Part shown: positions 1-11,240 of the stretch, in pieces
Position numbering within the stretch: the first letter of the stretch is position 1
How the letters are laid out: each line of letters begins with the position of its first letter
NCBI GenBank assembly: GCA_000004985.1
Contig: GG738850.1
Direction: 5' to 3' (one strand)
Source: Naegleria gruberi
Lineage: Eukaryota
Length of the DNA: 64,000 bases
Translations under genes and position numbers: made by a program
The notes under the pieces: generated by a model
Databases searched by the model: none
What the model was told of the DNA's origin: nothing
What the model saw: the letters and a program-made list of their open reading frames with translations, nothing else

Positions 1-1
1 A

Positions 2-128
2 TTGTAACTCTTGCCATGGTAATTTAACTCCTGCACGTTTCCAGGGTAAAGTTGTTAAGAAGACTGAATTGATATTTGCCAAAAAGCCAGAAACCGTCAA
101 CTCCAGCAATCCTTTCCAACCACATTAA
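2..128 (+). CDS. Possible 3' end of a gene entering from the left edge (Cys/His-containing C-terminus CNSCHGNLTPARFQGKVVKK...)
   Basis: Open frame from the window edge to TAA at 126-128. A second short in-frame stretch, 130-237, with a basic KKRK motif follows in another frame. Insufficient for assignment. Confidence 0.2.
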   Translation, partial: CNSCHGNLTPARFQGKVVKKTELIFAKKPETVNSSNPFQPH

Positions 129-1006
129 TGGTGATAACAGTTCAAAGAAGAGAAAATCTGAATCTCCAATAACTCTTGACAATCATATCAATGAAGCTTC
201 TATTGAATTCCCTGATAGTAAAAAGTTGAAACAATAAATAAGCTTAATTGTGTGGAAACTATTTATTAACAAACTGTGGTCACAAGTCTTCACAATTTGA
301 AATTATTGGTGGTGTCAGTCATACTTCCTTAACTAAACCTGATATGTGTAAACATTCCATTTACTTGGTAAATCTTAGCTACTTAAACTGGTTTCAATAA
401 AGTTGAATAAATAGGAAATAAATTCTTGGAGTATTATTCTAGAAGTTCTTGAAGATTTCATTCCCTGGAAAATATTATTGGTTCATCATGATTTTGAATA
501 ATGACAAAATATATAAAAGTAATATTGAATTTGCTCCACTCCTTTTCAACAAATTTCATAGAAGTCCGATGTTACTAATAGTTGTTATTAATCCCAAAAG
601 CTTAAGAGAAGACACGCCACTCAACTCTCTCAATCACCAATTCAAAATATTGCCAAAAGACGATCAGTGTAACAAAGTGATTAAAGTGAGAAAATAATTG
701 TAGATGAATTAATTCTTAGTTGCTATTATCGATCATTGCTGTTTTGTGTGTTAATTGCTCCATCATAAGACTGTTGTAATAATGAACACAGCCAAGAAAT
801 ATTATTCATGTTGTTGTTTTGGTGATTGAAGAAGACGTTCGAGGGTTGAAGTTTGCTGAATTTTTCACTTCCTTGTTTTTCAACCACAGAAATTATCAAC
901 AAGCCAAAAATGCCCTCTCAAACTTTTGTTGTAAAATGTGTTTTACTAGGTTTACTCCAACAAAATTTTAAAAAACTTGTTGAAAAAAAATACGTCACAC
1001 TAGAAA

Positions 1007-1705
1007 ATGACTGCCGGCAAAAATAAGAGAGTTGTCAAGGGTAAGAAGACTAAGAAGATTACCGATCCATTCGCCAAGAAGGAATGGTTCGACGTCTTTG
1101 CTCCTCACCCATTCAACAAGAAGAAGACTGAACCATTCACCAAGACCCCAATCAATAAAACCGCTGGTACTAAAATCTCCACTGAAGCTTTGAAGGGAAG
1201 AGTCTTCGAAATCTCTGCTGCTGATTTGTTGAATGAAGAAGAACAACAACATCAACTCATCAGATTGGCTGTCGGTGATGCCAAGAGTGAAAATAAGAAG
1301 GCTTTGACTGTCTTCAACGGTTTGAGATTCACTGTTGATAAGCTCAGATCTTTGGTCAAGAAGTGGCACACACTCATTACCACCAGAATTAACGTTAAGA
1401 CTGCTGATGGTTTCCAAATGAGAGTTTTCGCTTTAGGTATTACCAAGAGAAGACAATTGCAAACTCACAAGAGAACTTATGCTTACAAGTCTCAAGTCAT
1501 GAGAATCACTGCCAGAATGAAGGATGCTATCAACAAGAAGGCTACTGCTTCTCCAGTCAATGAATTCGTTGAAAAGGTCGTTACTGGTCAATTGGGTAAG
1601 GAAATTGAAAAGTCCTGTGCTTCTATCTTCCCAATGAAGGACGTCTGTATCTGCAAGATTAAGGTCACCAAGACACCAAAGGATCTCGCTTCCGCTCTCC
1701 ACTAA
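1007..1705 (+). CDS. RPS3A: 40S ribosomal protein S3a (eS1), single exon, 232 aa
   Basis: Full-length match to eukaryotic S3Ae along the whole protein (N-term MTAGKNKRVVKGKK...DPFAKKEWFDVFAP, central KGRVFE, LVKKWHTLI, TADG). ATG at 1007, TAA stop. Codon usage is biased to C/G-ending codons, typical of a highly expressed gene. Confidence 0.93.
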   Translation: MTAGKNKRVVKGKKTKKITDPFAKKEWFDVFAPHPFNKKKTEPFTKTPINKTAGTKISTEALKGRVFEISAADLLNEEEQQHQLIRLAVGDAKSENKKALTVFNGLRFTVDKLRSLVKKWHTLITTRINVKTADGFQMRVFALGITKRRQLQTHKRTYAYKSQVMRITARMKDAINKKATASPVNEFVEKVVTGQLGKEIEKSCASIFPMKDVCICKIKVTKTPKDLASALH

Positions 1706-2113
1706 ATAAATTAAATCCCAAAAAATTAAAATTCATTTAAAAATTCAAAATTTTATCTTTTTACAAGATTTTTAATTCTTGTAATCCATAAATATCTATA
1801 AGTTCATAAAGATCTCTCGTATGACTCTATTCCTGATATCAAGACTGATATTTTACTTTAAAGTAAAAGTTGAAACACAAAATTGAAACTCAATTGAGAG
1901 AGATGTAATGATGTGATGTTGGTTGAAGTAGAGATTGAGTTTGACTTTATTTACTTCCATCATCAACACACCACATCACAATGTTATTGAGGGCATTGCC
2001 CAAAAATTGAGAACCGGACTAGGTTTAAGTGGTACACCAGAAAAAAACTACAGCCGTTTGTGTCTTCTATTAAAAAAATATAATAACGTACTGGACTGGA
2101 AATTGAGTCGAAT

Positions 2114-4994
2114 ATGGGCTGTGGCACATTTTCCAAAAATTTGGTAGAGGACAGGCACACCCCAATAATTAGTAACAAAAAGTCATCATCAACGGCGGAT
2201 ATTCCACCAACAACAACAACAAATAATCCTTCAGAAACATCAGGTTCAGTCGATATATCGAATAGAAGAGTGTCCAAACAATCTTCAGTGAGAGCAAGTA
2301 AGGCTTCTACACTAGCCGAACAACTTTCTTCTCAGCAACAACATCAATCACACCAAGAAGAAGAATATTCTTTCGCGGACCACCAAGAAGAGGCTTATGC
2401 TTTTATTCCGTGGCCAGAAGATATAATGATCAGTCTCGCTACTAAGGGATCTAAATTTGAATTAAGAGAAGTATCACTTCTTCTACCATCGGATGAATTA
2501 AATCAAAAACCTCTTCTTAAATATGTAAAGGATAAGAGAAATAATTGTCAACAAAATATAATAGATTGCATGTATACAATCATGAGTAGGGTTCTAAACT
2601 TTGGAACCAATTTACCTTTTCCTGTAAATACTGAAAACCAATTTGATCTTGCCGTTGATTTCATTGCTAATGGCTGTCCAATTGGAAAACAACAATTTAC
2701 CTTCTTTTCTCATAAAGAAATCCTCCTACACAGAAGTGCGTTCTTCAAAGGAGAGTTATCAAAAGATAACGGAGCAGTAGATTCACTAAAAAGAACCCTT
2801 AGTAGTGCTCATGACCTTAGAAAATCGATGGTAAAGGCAGAATTCGCTGATAGAAGAAACACAGCAGGTGATCCATCACAGCTAAAACGAACGTCGAGTC
2901 ATATAACATCTCAAGGTCCTAGATCGAGTCTACCTCCAATGCCCTTACAAAAACGACCTTTTAATACAACAAGCTCTTCCAACCTCCTTCAGGGTATGGG
3001 TGATCTAAGCAAATCTGGATCTTCATCTTCGATAACAAGCGTTGAAGAGGGAGGTAATTCAGAGAAGGAAGAATTATTCTCCTCACAAGGTAGTTTATCA
3101 ACACTTTTACTAACAGAAGATTCTAGGAAAAAAGGACAACGAAAGCCAAACAACCAAAATTTAGCAGTCTCCATTTCTAAGCAAACAAAAGCAAATCTAC
3201 AGCCAAGTAGGTTAGAGGTTGCAATATCTCCTCTTGTAAAAGATCCAGAGATTTTGTTGTTAGTTTTTGAAAATATTTACTCTGGCTATTTCCGACCTGA
3301 ATACGTTCAAAAGATGAAATCTTTGGATATTGAAAGTTTAATTCAGATATTAGCACTAGGTTACCAATTTAAAGTTCATTCATTGAGAGCAGTTTCAAAA
3401 AGTTTAATCAGTCAGTTTTTGTGTACCCACAAGGATAAGTACACATCTTTGGAGGAGCTCATCAATGGAACTTGCAAGAATATAACTGTTGAGGATATTC
3501 AAAAAAACAATATGAGTATAGTTTTAGAATTGAAGAAAATTTTCATGGACTCTAAGAGTAAGTAATTAATCTAGAGAATTTCTAACATGCATTTTAATAG
3601 AATCATTACAAGAAAATTTCATTTCTCTATCACAAGAAAAAAGAACATTCCTTAAGGATCTAGATTTTATGTTTGTACATAGTAATATGAAGAAGAACCA
3701 TATGGACTTCAGTGACATGAAGTTAACAATACAGGTTGAAGAAAAAAAGGAAGAAGAGGAAAAAGAAGATGAATCCCCCAAGAGGTCGTCGTCTTTCAGG
3801 GATACTTATGAAGAAGATGTTCAACCACTAATAAGTCAAAGAAAGAAGAGGACGAGCAAACTTCAGGACAGTGTCGATAAGAGTCAAACTAAGAAAATAT
3901 TTATTCACAACTTTATACTGAAATCAAGAACAGATATTACAAATCCTGAAATATTTAATCTATACAGCACAAATGTTGATGTTGTGAAGACTTTTATTCA
4001 TTACCTGTATACAGATACTATACACAGTGATACATACAATGTGAGTAAGAAGAAGATAATACCTCTTGCTGCTTTGTTCAAGATTGATAGACTGAAATAT
4101 GAATGTTTGGCTCATGCTATTTTCAATTTATCGGATGAAAACATTCTCAGGAAGTTTAAGAAAGCTCAAGATGCTAAGGAGACTGTTCTTGCCCAAGCAA
4201 TTTTCTACACAATGTCACACATGTATCCTAAACTAGTCCAAAAGAACTATGAGGAAGGAACGCCAGAATATAATATTCTCTTCTCAATAGATGAAAAGCT
4301 TAGGCATTTATATCAGAGAATGAGTGGGCAATTCCTTATTAGAAGAAGAATATTTACAGAAAGTAGGTTGGCGGAGATAATACCGAGAGCTGATGTTTCT
4401 AAACTTTCTCCTTCTCAAAAATCTCCAAACCACAAGATTAATGTTCAAATATGTGGCCTTCACGGCTCTGGTCTTAGTACCTTCGTAAATCAAGCCAAAC
4501 CTCTCATCTCTGAACTTCATTCATTTGAAGGAGTTGACAATATTGAACTCAATATTTCTTCCATGTACATATCAGACAGACCATTTACTGCAAATTCTTT
4601 AAAGTCAACAGACGGTGTAATTTTTATATTTTCCATTGATTCAGTAGATTCCTACCAAACAATGAGAGCTAAGTATGACGACTTTAGATTCTATTCCAAA
4701 GTTCCAGCTGTAATAATAGGAAACAAATGCGATTTGATACTTTGTAATTTTGAAACAGAGGACAAGATTGTTGATTCAGACAGAATAGTGAAAGAAGTAA
4801 CTGAAGATATGGCTTGCCCATATCTTGAAATGTCTTCTAAAAATTCAAGTGATGTTAAAAGATCGCTTGAGGAATGCATAAGAGAAGTGTTGTTTTATAG
4901 ACATATCACTTCAAAGATACCAAGTCATTTCTTAAATACTATTGCTAGGGATCAACAAGGATTGGAATCATCAAGTAACATTTCAGAGGAATAA
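2114..4994 (+). CDS. BTB/POZ-domain protein with C-terminal degenerate Ras-like (pseudo)GTPase domain; N-terminal MGCG myristoylation motif; 2 exons (2114-3557, 3601-4994; intron 3558-3600)
   Basis: ORFs 2114..3565 and 3669..4994 are joined in frame by a 43-nt intron (GTAAGT ... TTCTAAC ... AG). Removing it gives ...FMDSKS-K-SLQENF... with no stop. BTB-like segments FTFFSHKEILLHRSAFFKGEL and TFIHYLYTDTI...LFKIDRLKYECL. The C-terminal domain has G4 NKCD and G5 SSK motifs, but the P-loop is GLHGSGLST (no Lys) and DxxG is missing. Confidence 0.55.
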
Positions 4995-5049
4995 TAAATA
5001 TCAAATATTCCATTACGCTTTACAATTGCTTTTAGAAACATGAAAAAAA

Positions 5050-6643
5050 ATGTATCCAAATAGAATGCTGGGGTTTACTTTCCCTAATTTTCCTCTCTTT
5101 CCACCAAGTAAAAATACAACACCACAACGGAATGATTTCAACGATTTATCAATTCTATGTGTTGCAAAAGAAGAACAGAAATCAATAACTGGTACGATCG
5201 ATGATTCGTCTTCTTCCTGTTCCGATCGCATCACAAAGAAACAAACAACAAAAAGAAAGAGATTATTTTGCAAGGAAAGTTACATTACATGTCAAGTAGG
5301 TTTTAAAGAAGATAGTTTCTAATCTAGATTCGGAATAGAGCAACTCTCAATTATATTCAACAATACAAGTTGTGGAGGAGGAAAATATTCTAATTCAACT
5401 GAACAAAATTCTTGATGCCTCCAATGACGAGCAATATTTTGGAATAACAATACTAGGAAACAAATATAATGTTAAAAAGACATCACATTTATACAGATTA
5501 AGATCCAAATTGGAGGTGAGGAGAAGGAAAAGATTAATAGGAGACTCTTTGGAGTTGTTTGATCTTGATCATATTTTACAACAAGTATCACTTCATTCAC
5601 AAAATAATCATTTCAAGCATCACGTTGTGAATAGCGATAGTATTCCTTATGTATTAAAATCTAAAATTCCAGTGATTGATAATTTTTCAAAATCAGAGAA
5701 TGAAATCAAGAAGGAATCAAAACCAGTTCCAATTCTTCCCAAGAAAATACTCCCTAAACCTATTGTAAATCAAAAGCCATCCCCAAAAAAAGGAAATACT
5801 CAAACTCAACAATCACTAGGACTGCCATTTATTGGTGGATATAATAATATCTCATTGCATTCTCCACTCATGTTTTTAACAACATCAAGAGAACTTCCAA
5901 TTACTTCACAAGTTATGCAACCACCCCCAACAAATATTCCTTTCAAAAACACATTTAATACGGACATTCAAATTACAACTCAAGCTTCTTCAAACAATGA
6001 AAAGTCAAAGAGACAAAAGATTGAAACAATAATTCCATTCAGTCAAAAATTACTAGGTTCAACAAAAATTACTGATATACTTTCGACGCATGATATTAGC
6101 TCATGTAATCTTGTAAAGTTATTCAAGGATATCACAAAACACAAGCAGAACATTATTTCTAACATACAATTGTGTAGAATCAAACCAACATTGTTGAAAC
6201 AAATTAATTCGCTCCTACAAAGATGTTTTTGGCCCAACATTGATGTAGAGAAATATCTCGAGCAACCAGATAGAACTATTGTAGCCATGTACAATCATTT
6301 GGTTGTTGGATTCGGAGTTGTGACAAGTGAAGGATATATTCATTACTTGGTTGTTATGCCACAGTTTAGAAATTATGGAATAGGTTCATTACTAATTGAA
6401 CAATTATTGAAATGCAACAGATCTTCTGAATTCACAATTCATATTCCACTGGAAGACAAGAAAACTATTTCATTTATGAAGAAAAGGTTTGGATTTAATT
6501 CTAAAGCTGTACATTGTGATTTCTTTAAAAGTTTGGTAGAATCTCCCAATAATAATATTTCTCTAACACAATATCAAACTAATATTACAGATTTCTTTAA
6601 AGAGAAATCTAGTGATGCATTATTAATGGTACGATCTAATTAA
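5050..6643 (+). CDS. GNAT-family N-acetyltransferase-domain protein (C-terminal acetyl-CoA binding fold); 2 exons (5050-5295, 5339-6643)
   Basis: Real ATG at 5050. A 43-nt intron, 5296-5338 (GTAGGT ... TTCTAATC ... AG), joins frame 1 to frame 2 with no stop. C-terminal GNAT motif region VVGFGVV...YIHYLVVMPQFRNYGIGSLLIEQLL. Start codon and exon 1 are less certain. Confidence 0.5.
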
Positions 6644-6644
6644 A

Positions 6645-7007
6645 TTATGGTGTAGTTTTTTGATGTTTTTCAATATTATTTACAATATATTTAATATCAT
6701 TGTTGATGTGGTTGGCCCAATTTTCAACATCTCCCAATTCCTTTACACATTGATTTAACTGTTGGAAAGTTTGAATCCATTGTGTTGTTTGTTTGTTGAA
6801 TTTTTCTACTTGGGCATGAAGATGTTTGGCTTCATTTTCGATCATTTGTTGATTTTGAAAAACTTTGATGACATCACTATTTGTTTGATCGATCAATTCA
6901 TGACTGACCGATTGCAGACTATCCTTGGCTTTGTGCCTCCTCTTGTCATTTTCCTCTCGGACCTTTTGTTGGCGTTGATTGTGTTCCTTGATGAGATGTG
7001 ATAACAT
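6645..7007 (-). CDS. BLOC1S1: BLOC-1 (biogenesis of lysosome-related organelles complex 1) subunit 1 / GCN5L1 homolog, 119 aa
   Basis: Colinear similarity to BLOS1 over the whole length: MLSxLxKEH...KRR...NQ...E.K.L..Q...F.KQT.QWI...KE.GDVENWA. Single exon. Confidence 0.85.
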   Translation of the reverse strand: MLSHLIKEHNQRQQKVREENDKRRHKAKDSLQSVSHELIDQTNSDVIKVFQNQQMIENEAKHLHAQVEKFNKQTTQWIQTFQQLNQCVKELGDVENWANHINNDIKYIVNNIEKHQKTTP

Positions 7008-7101
7008 TTTTTAATATTTTAAATAAAATCTTTTCGGAATAAAACAACACTACGAATAATTAAACAAAAAATTATTGTGAATGAAAATAATTTAGTTTAA
7101 T

Positions 7102-9500
7102 TTACACATCTGGGATTGTTTGATACAAGGCATCTATTTCGTTTTTGAAAACTTCTTTCAACTTTGGTCGGATAATCTTCATGGTTGGTGTTGTAACTCC
7201 GTATTGTTCAAATTCCTTTGGCAAAAGTTTAAGGCCACGAATAATTTCAAAACCTTTAAGCTTGGCTTGCTTGGCGACTGCGACAATATCAGCAAGTACT
7301 GCCTTAACAATATCTGGATCTTCACACAACTCTTCAATCTTATCAGCCAATTGTTCCTTACCATTATCTTTGGCATATTGTTGCAAAACTGAAATATTAG
7401 CAACAGCAAAACCTATAACACAGCTCTTGAATGAATCTCCATAAACCCAAATGCCAGTAATAAACTTAGATTGACTTAATTTTTGTTCAATATTTTCAGC
7501 AGCAATATATTCACCTTGACTCAATTTGAAAATATTCTTCTTTCTGTCAATAATTGAAATTGTACCATTTTCATTTTCCTTTCCAATGTCACCTGTATGG
7601 AACCATCCTTCAGCATCCCAAGCTTCCTTAGTCTTTTCTTCATCCTTATAATATCCCATTGAGACTGATGGACCACGTACACAAATTTCACCAGACTTAT
7701 TTAGTTCCATACTATAGTTCATTTCAGGCACATCATCCAATTTAACTTCAACTGATGGGACAACACAACCAATATGACTTTCAGAATAGTCATAAGGAAG
7801 TTGAATCAATGCAGCAGCACATGTTTCCTGAAAATTAGTTAGATTAAACAACATTCACAAAAACTTACAGTAAGACCATAACCTTGGACCAAACTACATC
7901 CGAAAATGACTCTCATGTATTGTTGAACTTCAGGACGGATTGGTGCACCACCTGAAAGACAAAATCTGATACGTCCACCAAAGTTCTTTCTGATAACACC
8001 CAAAACAACATCTGAGATTGGAGTAGATTTACCAGAGAGCATACCTTCTTCCTTAGATTTAATGGCCTTACTAATGGCCCATTGCTTTAATTTACCTTCC
8101 TTTGAGATCTTTTCTTTAATACCATCATATAATTTATCAAGAACTCTTGGTACAGCAGGGAAAGCAGTTGGTTTCAAAGCAATCAAATCATCCTTCAAAT
8201 TCTTAATATTACCTTCCCAGAAACCAATACTAGCACCTGCTTGCAAAAAGACAATTTCAACCATACGCTCCAAAATGTGTGCAAGTGGTAAATATGAAAC
8301 AACTTTCAAAAAATGTATCAATTCCAAAATCTACTATACTTACCACAATCATTTTCATTCAAATCAATAATATTGTGGGCAATACCAGCACTAGCAGCAA
8401 TAAAGTTCAAATGGGTAATGACAACACCCTTTGGCATACCAGTGGTTCCTGATGTGTAATTCAAACAAGCAATACTTTGAGGAGTTGGTGGAACATCTTC
8501 AATTGGGTTTTGTTTACCGAGTTCCATAACTTCATTTAAGGTGTATGACTTGATGTTAATCTTTTCCAAAGTTGATTTTTGTTCTTCAGTGATAGCATCA
8601 AAACAGATGACTGATTTAAGGTATTCAGCCTTTGGTGCCAATTTGATGACACTACCAAGGGTTTCTCCAGAACAACAAACTGAAACAACTTCACCATGAT
8701 TCATAATGAAATTTGATGATTCTTCTCCGAGAGTGTCATAGAGAGCAAGACTGACAAGAGATTGCTTATTGCAAGCCTCAACTGAAATTTGCCATTCTCT
8801 TCTATTCTTACTGTAAATAGCAATATGTTGGTTTGGGGAAATACCAATATGTCTCAAACCACAAGCAAGATTTCTGGACATATCATCAACTTCTTTAAAT
8901 GTAATGAATTCATATTCCATTAATAATTTAGATGAATCTGTTGGGTCTCTCATTCTTCTACCCAAGCAAGGTCTATCTGCGAATTTTTCAACACACTTTT
9001 TGAATGAATCATACAATGTGGAAATGTCCTCATATTTCTTAATAATCAAGGCATCTTGGTGGCCATTCTTTCTCTTGATACGAGGATCAGATCCACCAGA
9101 GACAGTTTGATTAGCTACTGGAGGATATGATTTAGATGAAGATGTAGTTGTTTTAATTCCCTTCAATTCCGGAACAAGGAATAAAGAAGCATCGGTCTTT
9201 GGTTCACTCTTTGGAACAGCCTCTACTGGTGGTTCCTCTTCCTTTGGTGGGGTTGTAATTTCTTCAACAAAATTATTAATATCCTTGTTTTCTTGATCTT
9301 TTTTTCTTTTAACCTTTTTCAATTATTAACAATAAAAACTCACCTTCAACTGTTGAAATATTTTCCTCTGTTTTCAAAGTTTCTGTGGTTGCCACTTCTT
9401 CAGTAGTAGTGGTACTACTTTCAATCTTTTCTTCTTGTTGCTTTTGTTCTTGTTCCTCCGTAACAGCAAGGGAATCGGCAAATGCTGAAAAATCACTCAT
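7102..9500 (-). CDS. Long-chain-fatty-acid--CoA ligase (ACSL / yeast Faa-like), 4 exons: 9500-9344, 9297-8344, 8302-7869, 7827-7102
   Basis: AMP-binding motif YTSGTTGMPKGV, SYLPLAHILER and GYGLTE motifs, C-terminal ACSL signature GWFHTGDIG...IDRKKNIFKLSQGEYIA. Introns 9343-9298 (GTGAGT, 46 nt), 8343-8303 (GTAAGT, 41 nt) and 7868-7828 (GTAAGT ... CTAAC ... CAG, 41 nt); phases verified. Exon 1 is an acidic, Thr-rich N-terminal extension starting at ATG 9500. Confidence 0.88.
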
Positions 9501-10084
9501 TTTTTTTTGATTTTAATGTTTGGTTGGGCAGGGGTTGGTGTGCCATTCAAAAGATTTGCTTCGGATTAATGCTCAAACAGCACACTCCACTTCTTGTGTT
9601 GTGGAGGATTAAGAGAGTCACATTAAAGAATCTTTAACAACTGTGTATATCCTGCAAAAAAATAAAATTTAGTAAATGAGGTGGATATTTTGAAGGTTCA
9701 ATGGTTGTAGGTTAGGAAAATTTTGCTTGTTTACAAAGAGTTGGAACTTGAGTGTTCTGCATATTGAGGTAAATGGTTGTATAAACTATTCAAATTATCA
9801 TTGTGACTATTGAGTCGAATTAAGGTGAATGTACCATTCGAGGGATTTCATATTTGAGATAATAAGGACAATATTGAGCGGCAATTTGTTGGCTTTTGGT
9901 TATTTTTTCTACGATCTATTGGTGCGACGTCGATTTTTTGTCCTTCGCACAAATGATTCACTTAAACAAGACATAAGTATTTATTGTAAAGTATTATCTT
10001 TGCTTGAATAATCTACAGTTTATTAATCACACTAGAATTGAATCCAATTCTTAGTTGGAGGTATGGTCAATCAAGTTATACAAT

Positions 10085-11091
10085 TTACCAACAACATCCA
10101 CTACCTCCTTCACTTTCGTTTGGTTCACTAGTTGAAATATTTACATTATCAGTTGGCTTATTTCTGACTGGTTCAGTACTTTCGAGAAGATTAGTTGTGT
10201 TGAGTATTTGATAGACAACTTCCTCAAATGCCTTATCAACATTTTCTTTTGTTTTGGCTGATGTTTCAATATAGACCATATTATTGGATTTGGCAAAGTT
10301 TTGAGCGTCTTGGAGTGAAACTTTTCTTTCTTCCTTCAAATCAATCTTGTTTCCAATCAATAATTTTACACATTCCTCAAATGTTGAATATAAATCACAT
10401 TCCTTAAGCCAATTCTTAATATTATTAAATGTTTCCTCTCTAGTAACATCATAAACAAGAATTATTCCATGAGCATTTCCTAAATATTTTGATTAAAATA
10501 TAAATCTCAAAATACATACTATAATAACTTGATGTAAGAGTTCCTTAAATTTTGTTAGAATTGATCAGTGAATTTTGGAAGCAAACTTACTAAATCTCTC
10601 TTGACCTAATTCAATTCTTTAGAGAATTCTGTTTCTTATTTATACACTTACCTGCAGTATCAAATATCTTTATCAATTATTTAGAAAAATTCAAATCTAT
10701 TATTTTACCTACAGTCAATTTTACTTTCTTCCTATTTACATTCATAAATTTAACCTTGCTATTTATAAAATCGTCATCATCATATTAAATCCAAATTCAA
10801 TAATTATTCATTAAAAACATACAAATCCACACCAATTGTTGGCGACATTTGTTCTTTAAACTCATCCTCAGTAAATTGTGTAATAATACTACTCTATCGG
10901 AATTAATTATCTTCATCAATCTTTAAAAAAACAAACCTTTCCTGTGGCACTATCACCAACAAGCTATTAAATCCCGAACCGAACCAAACCAAAATAATCG
11001 ATTCATCATCATCATCGTCGTTGCAAATACTCTAATAAATTGGAAAACTCACCACAAGTTTGAAATTATGATCAAAAGCCTTTGAAGTCAT
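10085..11091 (-). CDS. Rab-family small GTPase, at least 8 exons including 15-27 nt micro-exons; C-terminal double-Cys prenylation motif
   Basis: Exons reconstructed by hand: MTSKAFDHNFKLV | LVGDSATGK | SSIITQFTEDEFKEQMSPTIGVDF | KVKFMNVNRKKVKLT | IFDTAG | GQERF | RTLTSSYY | RNAHGIILVYDVT...IGNKIDL...ETSAKT...GCCW. All Rab G1-G5 motifs are present, with canonical GT...AG junctions. Confidence 0.7.
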
Positions 11092-11240
11092 TTTTTTATT
11101 TTTAGATTTCTATTAAGAAACACGTTTGCAGTTTTTGTTTGAAAGTTCTTCCCAGTGTCCAAACAATCAATTGAATAATATTGAAAAGAAATTGAAGAAT
11201 TGAATCGATAGCAATGGTTTATTTACAAAATTTAAAAAAA

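Noticed and set aside
449-697. Small ORFs in intergenic regions (449..697, 9829..10011, 13516..13704, 24349..24564, 39505..39768)
   Set aside because: No homology, poor coding composition, frequent overlap with UTRs or the tRNA. Likely non-coding.
3566-3668. Treating 2114..3565 and 3669..4994 as two separate genes
   Set aside because: A 43-nt GTAAGT...CTAAC...AG intron joins them in phase, and the BTB-like sequence is split across both, so a single gene is the better model. Moderate confidence only.
9309-9322. ORF-track 'M' starts at TTG or GTG (for example 9322, 8327, 21650, 45532, 60661, 41437, 5372, 36362)
   Set aside because: The underlying codons are TTG or GTG. For a eukaryote these are not starts, so I used the nearest real ATG or treated the ORF as an internal exon.
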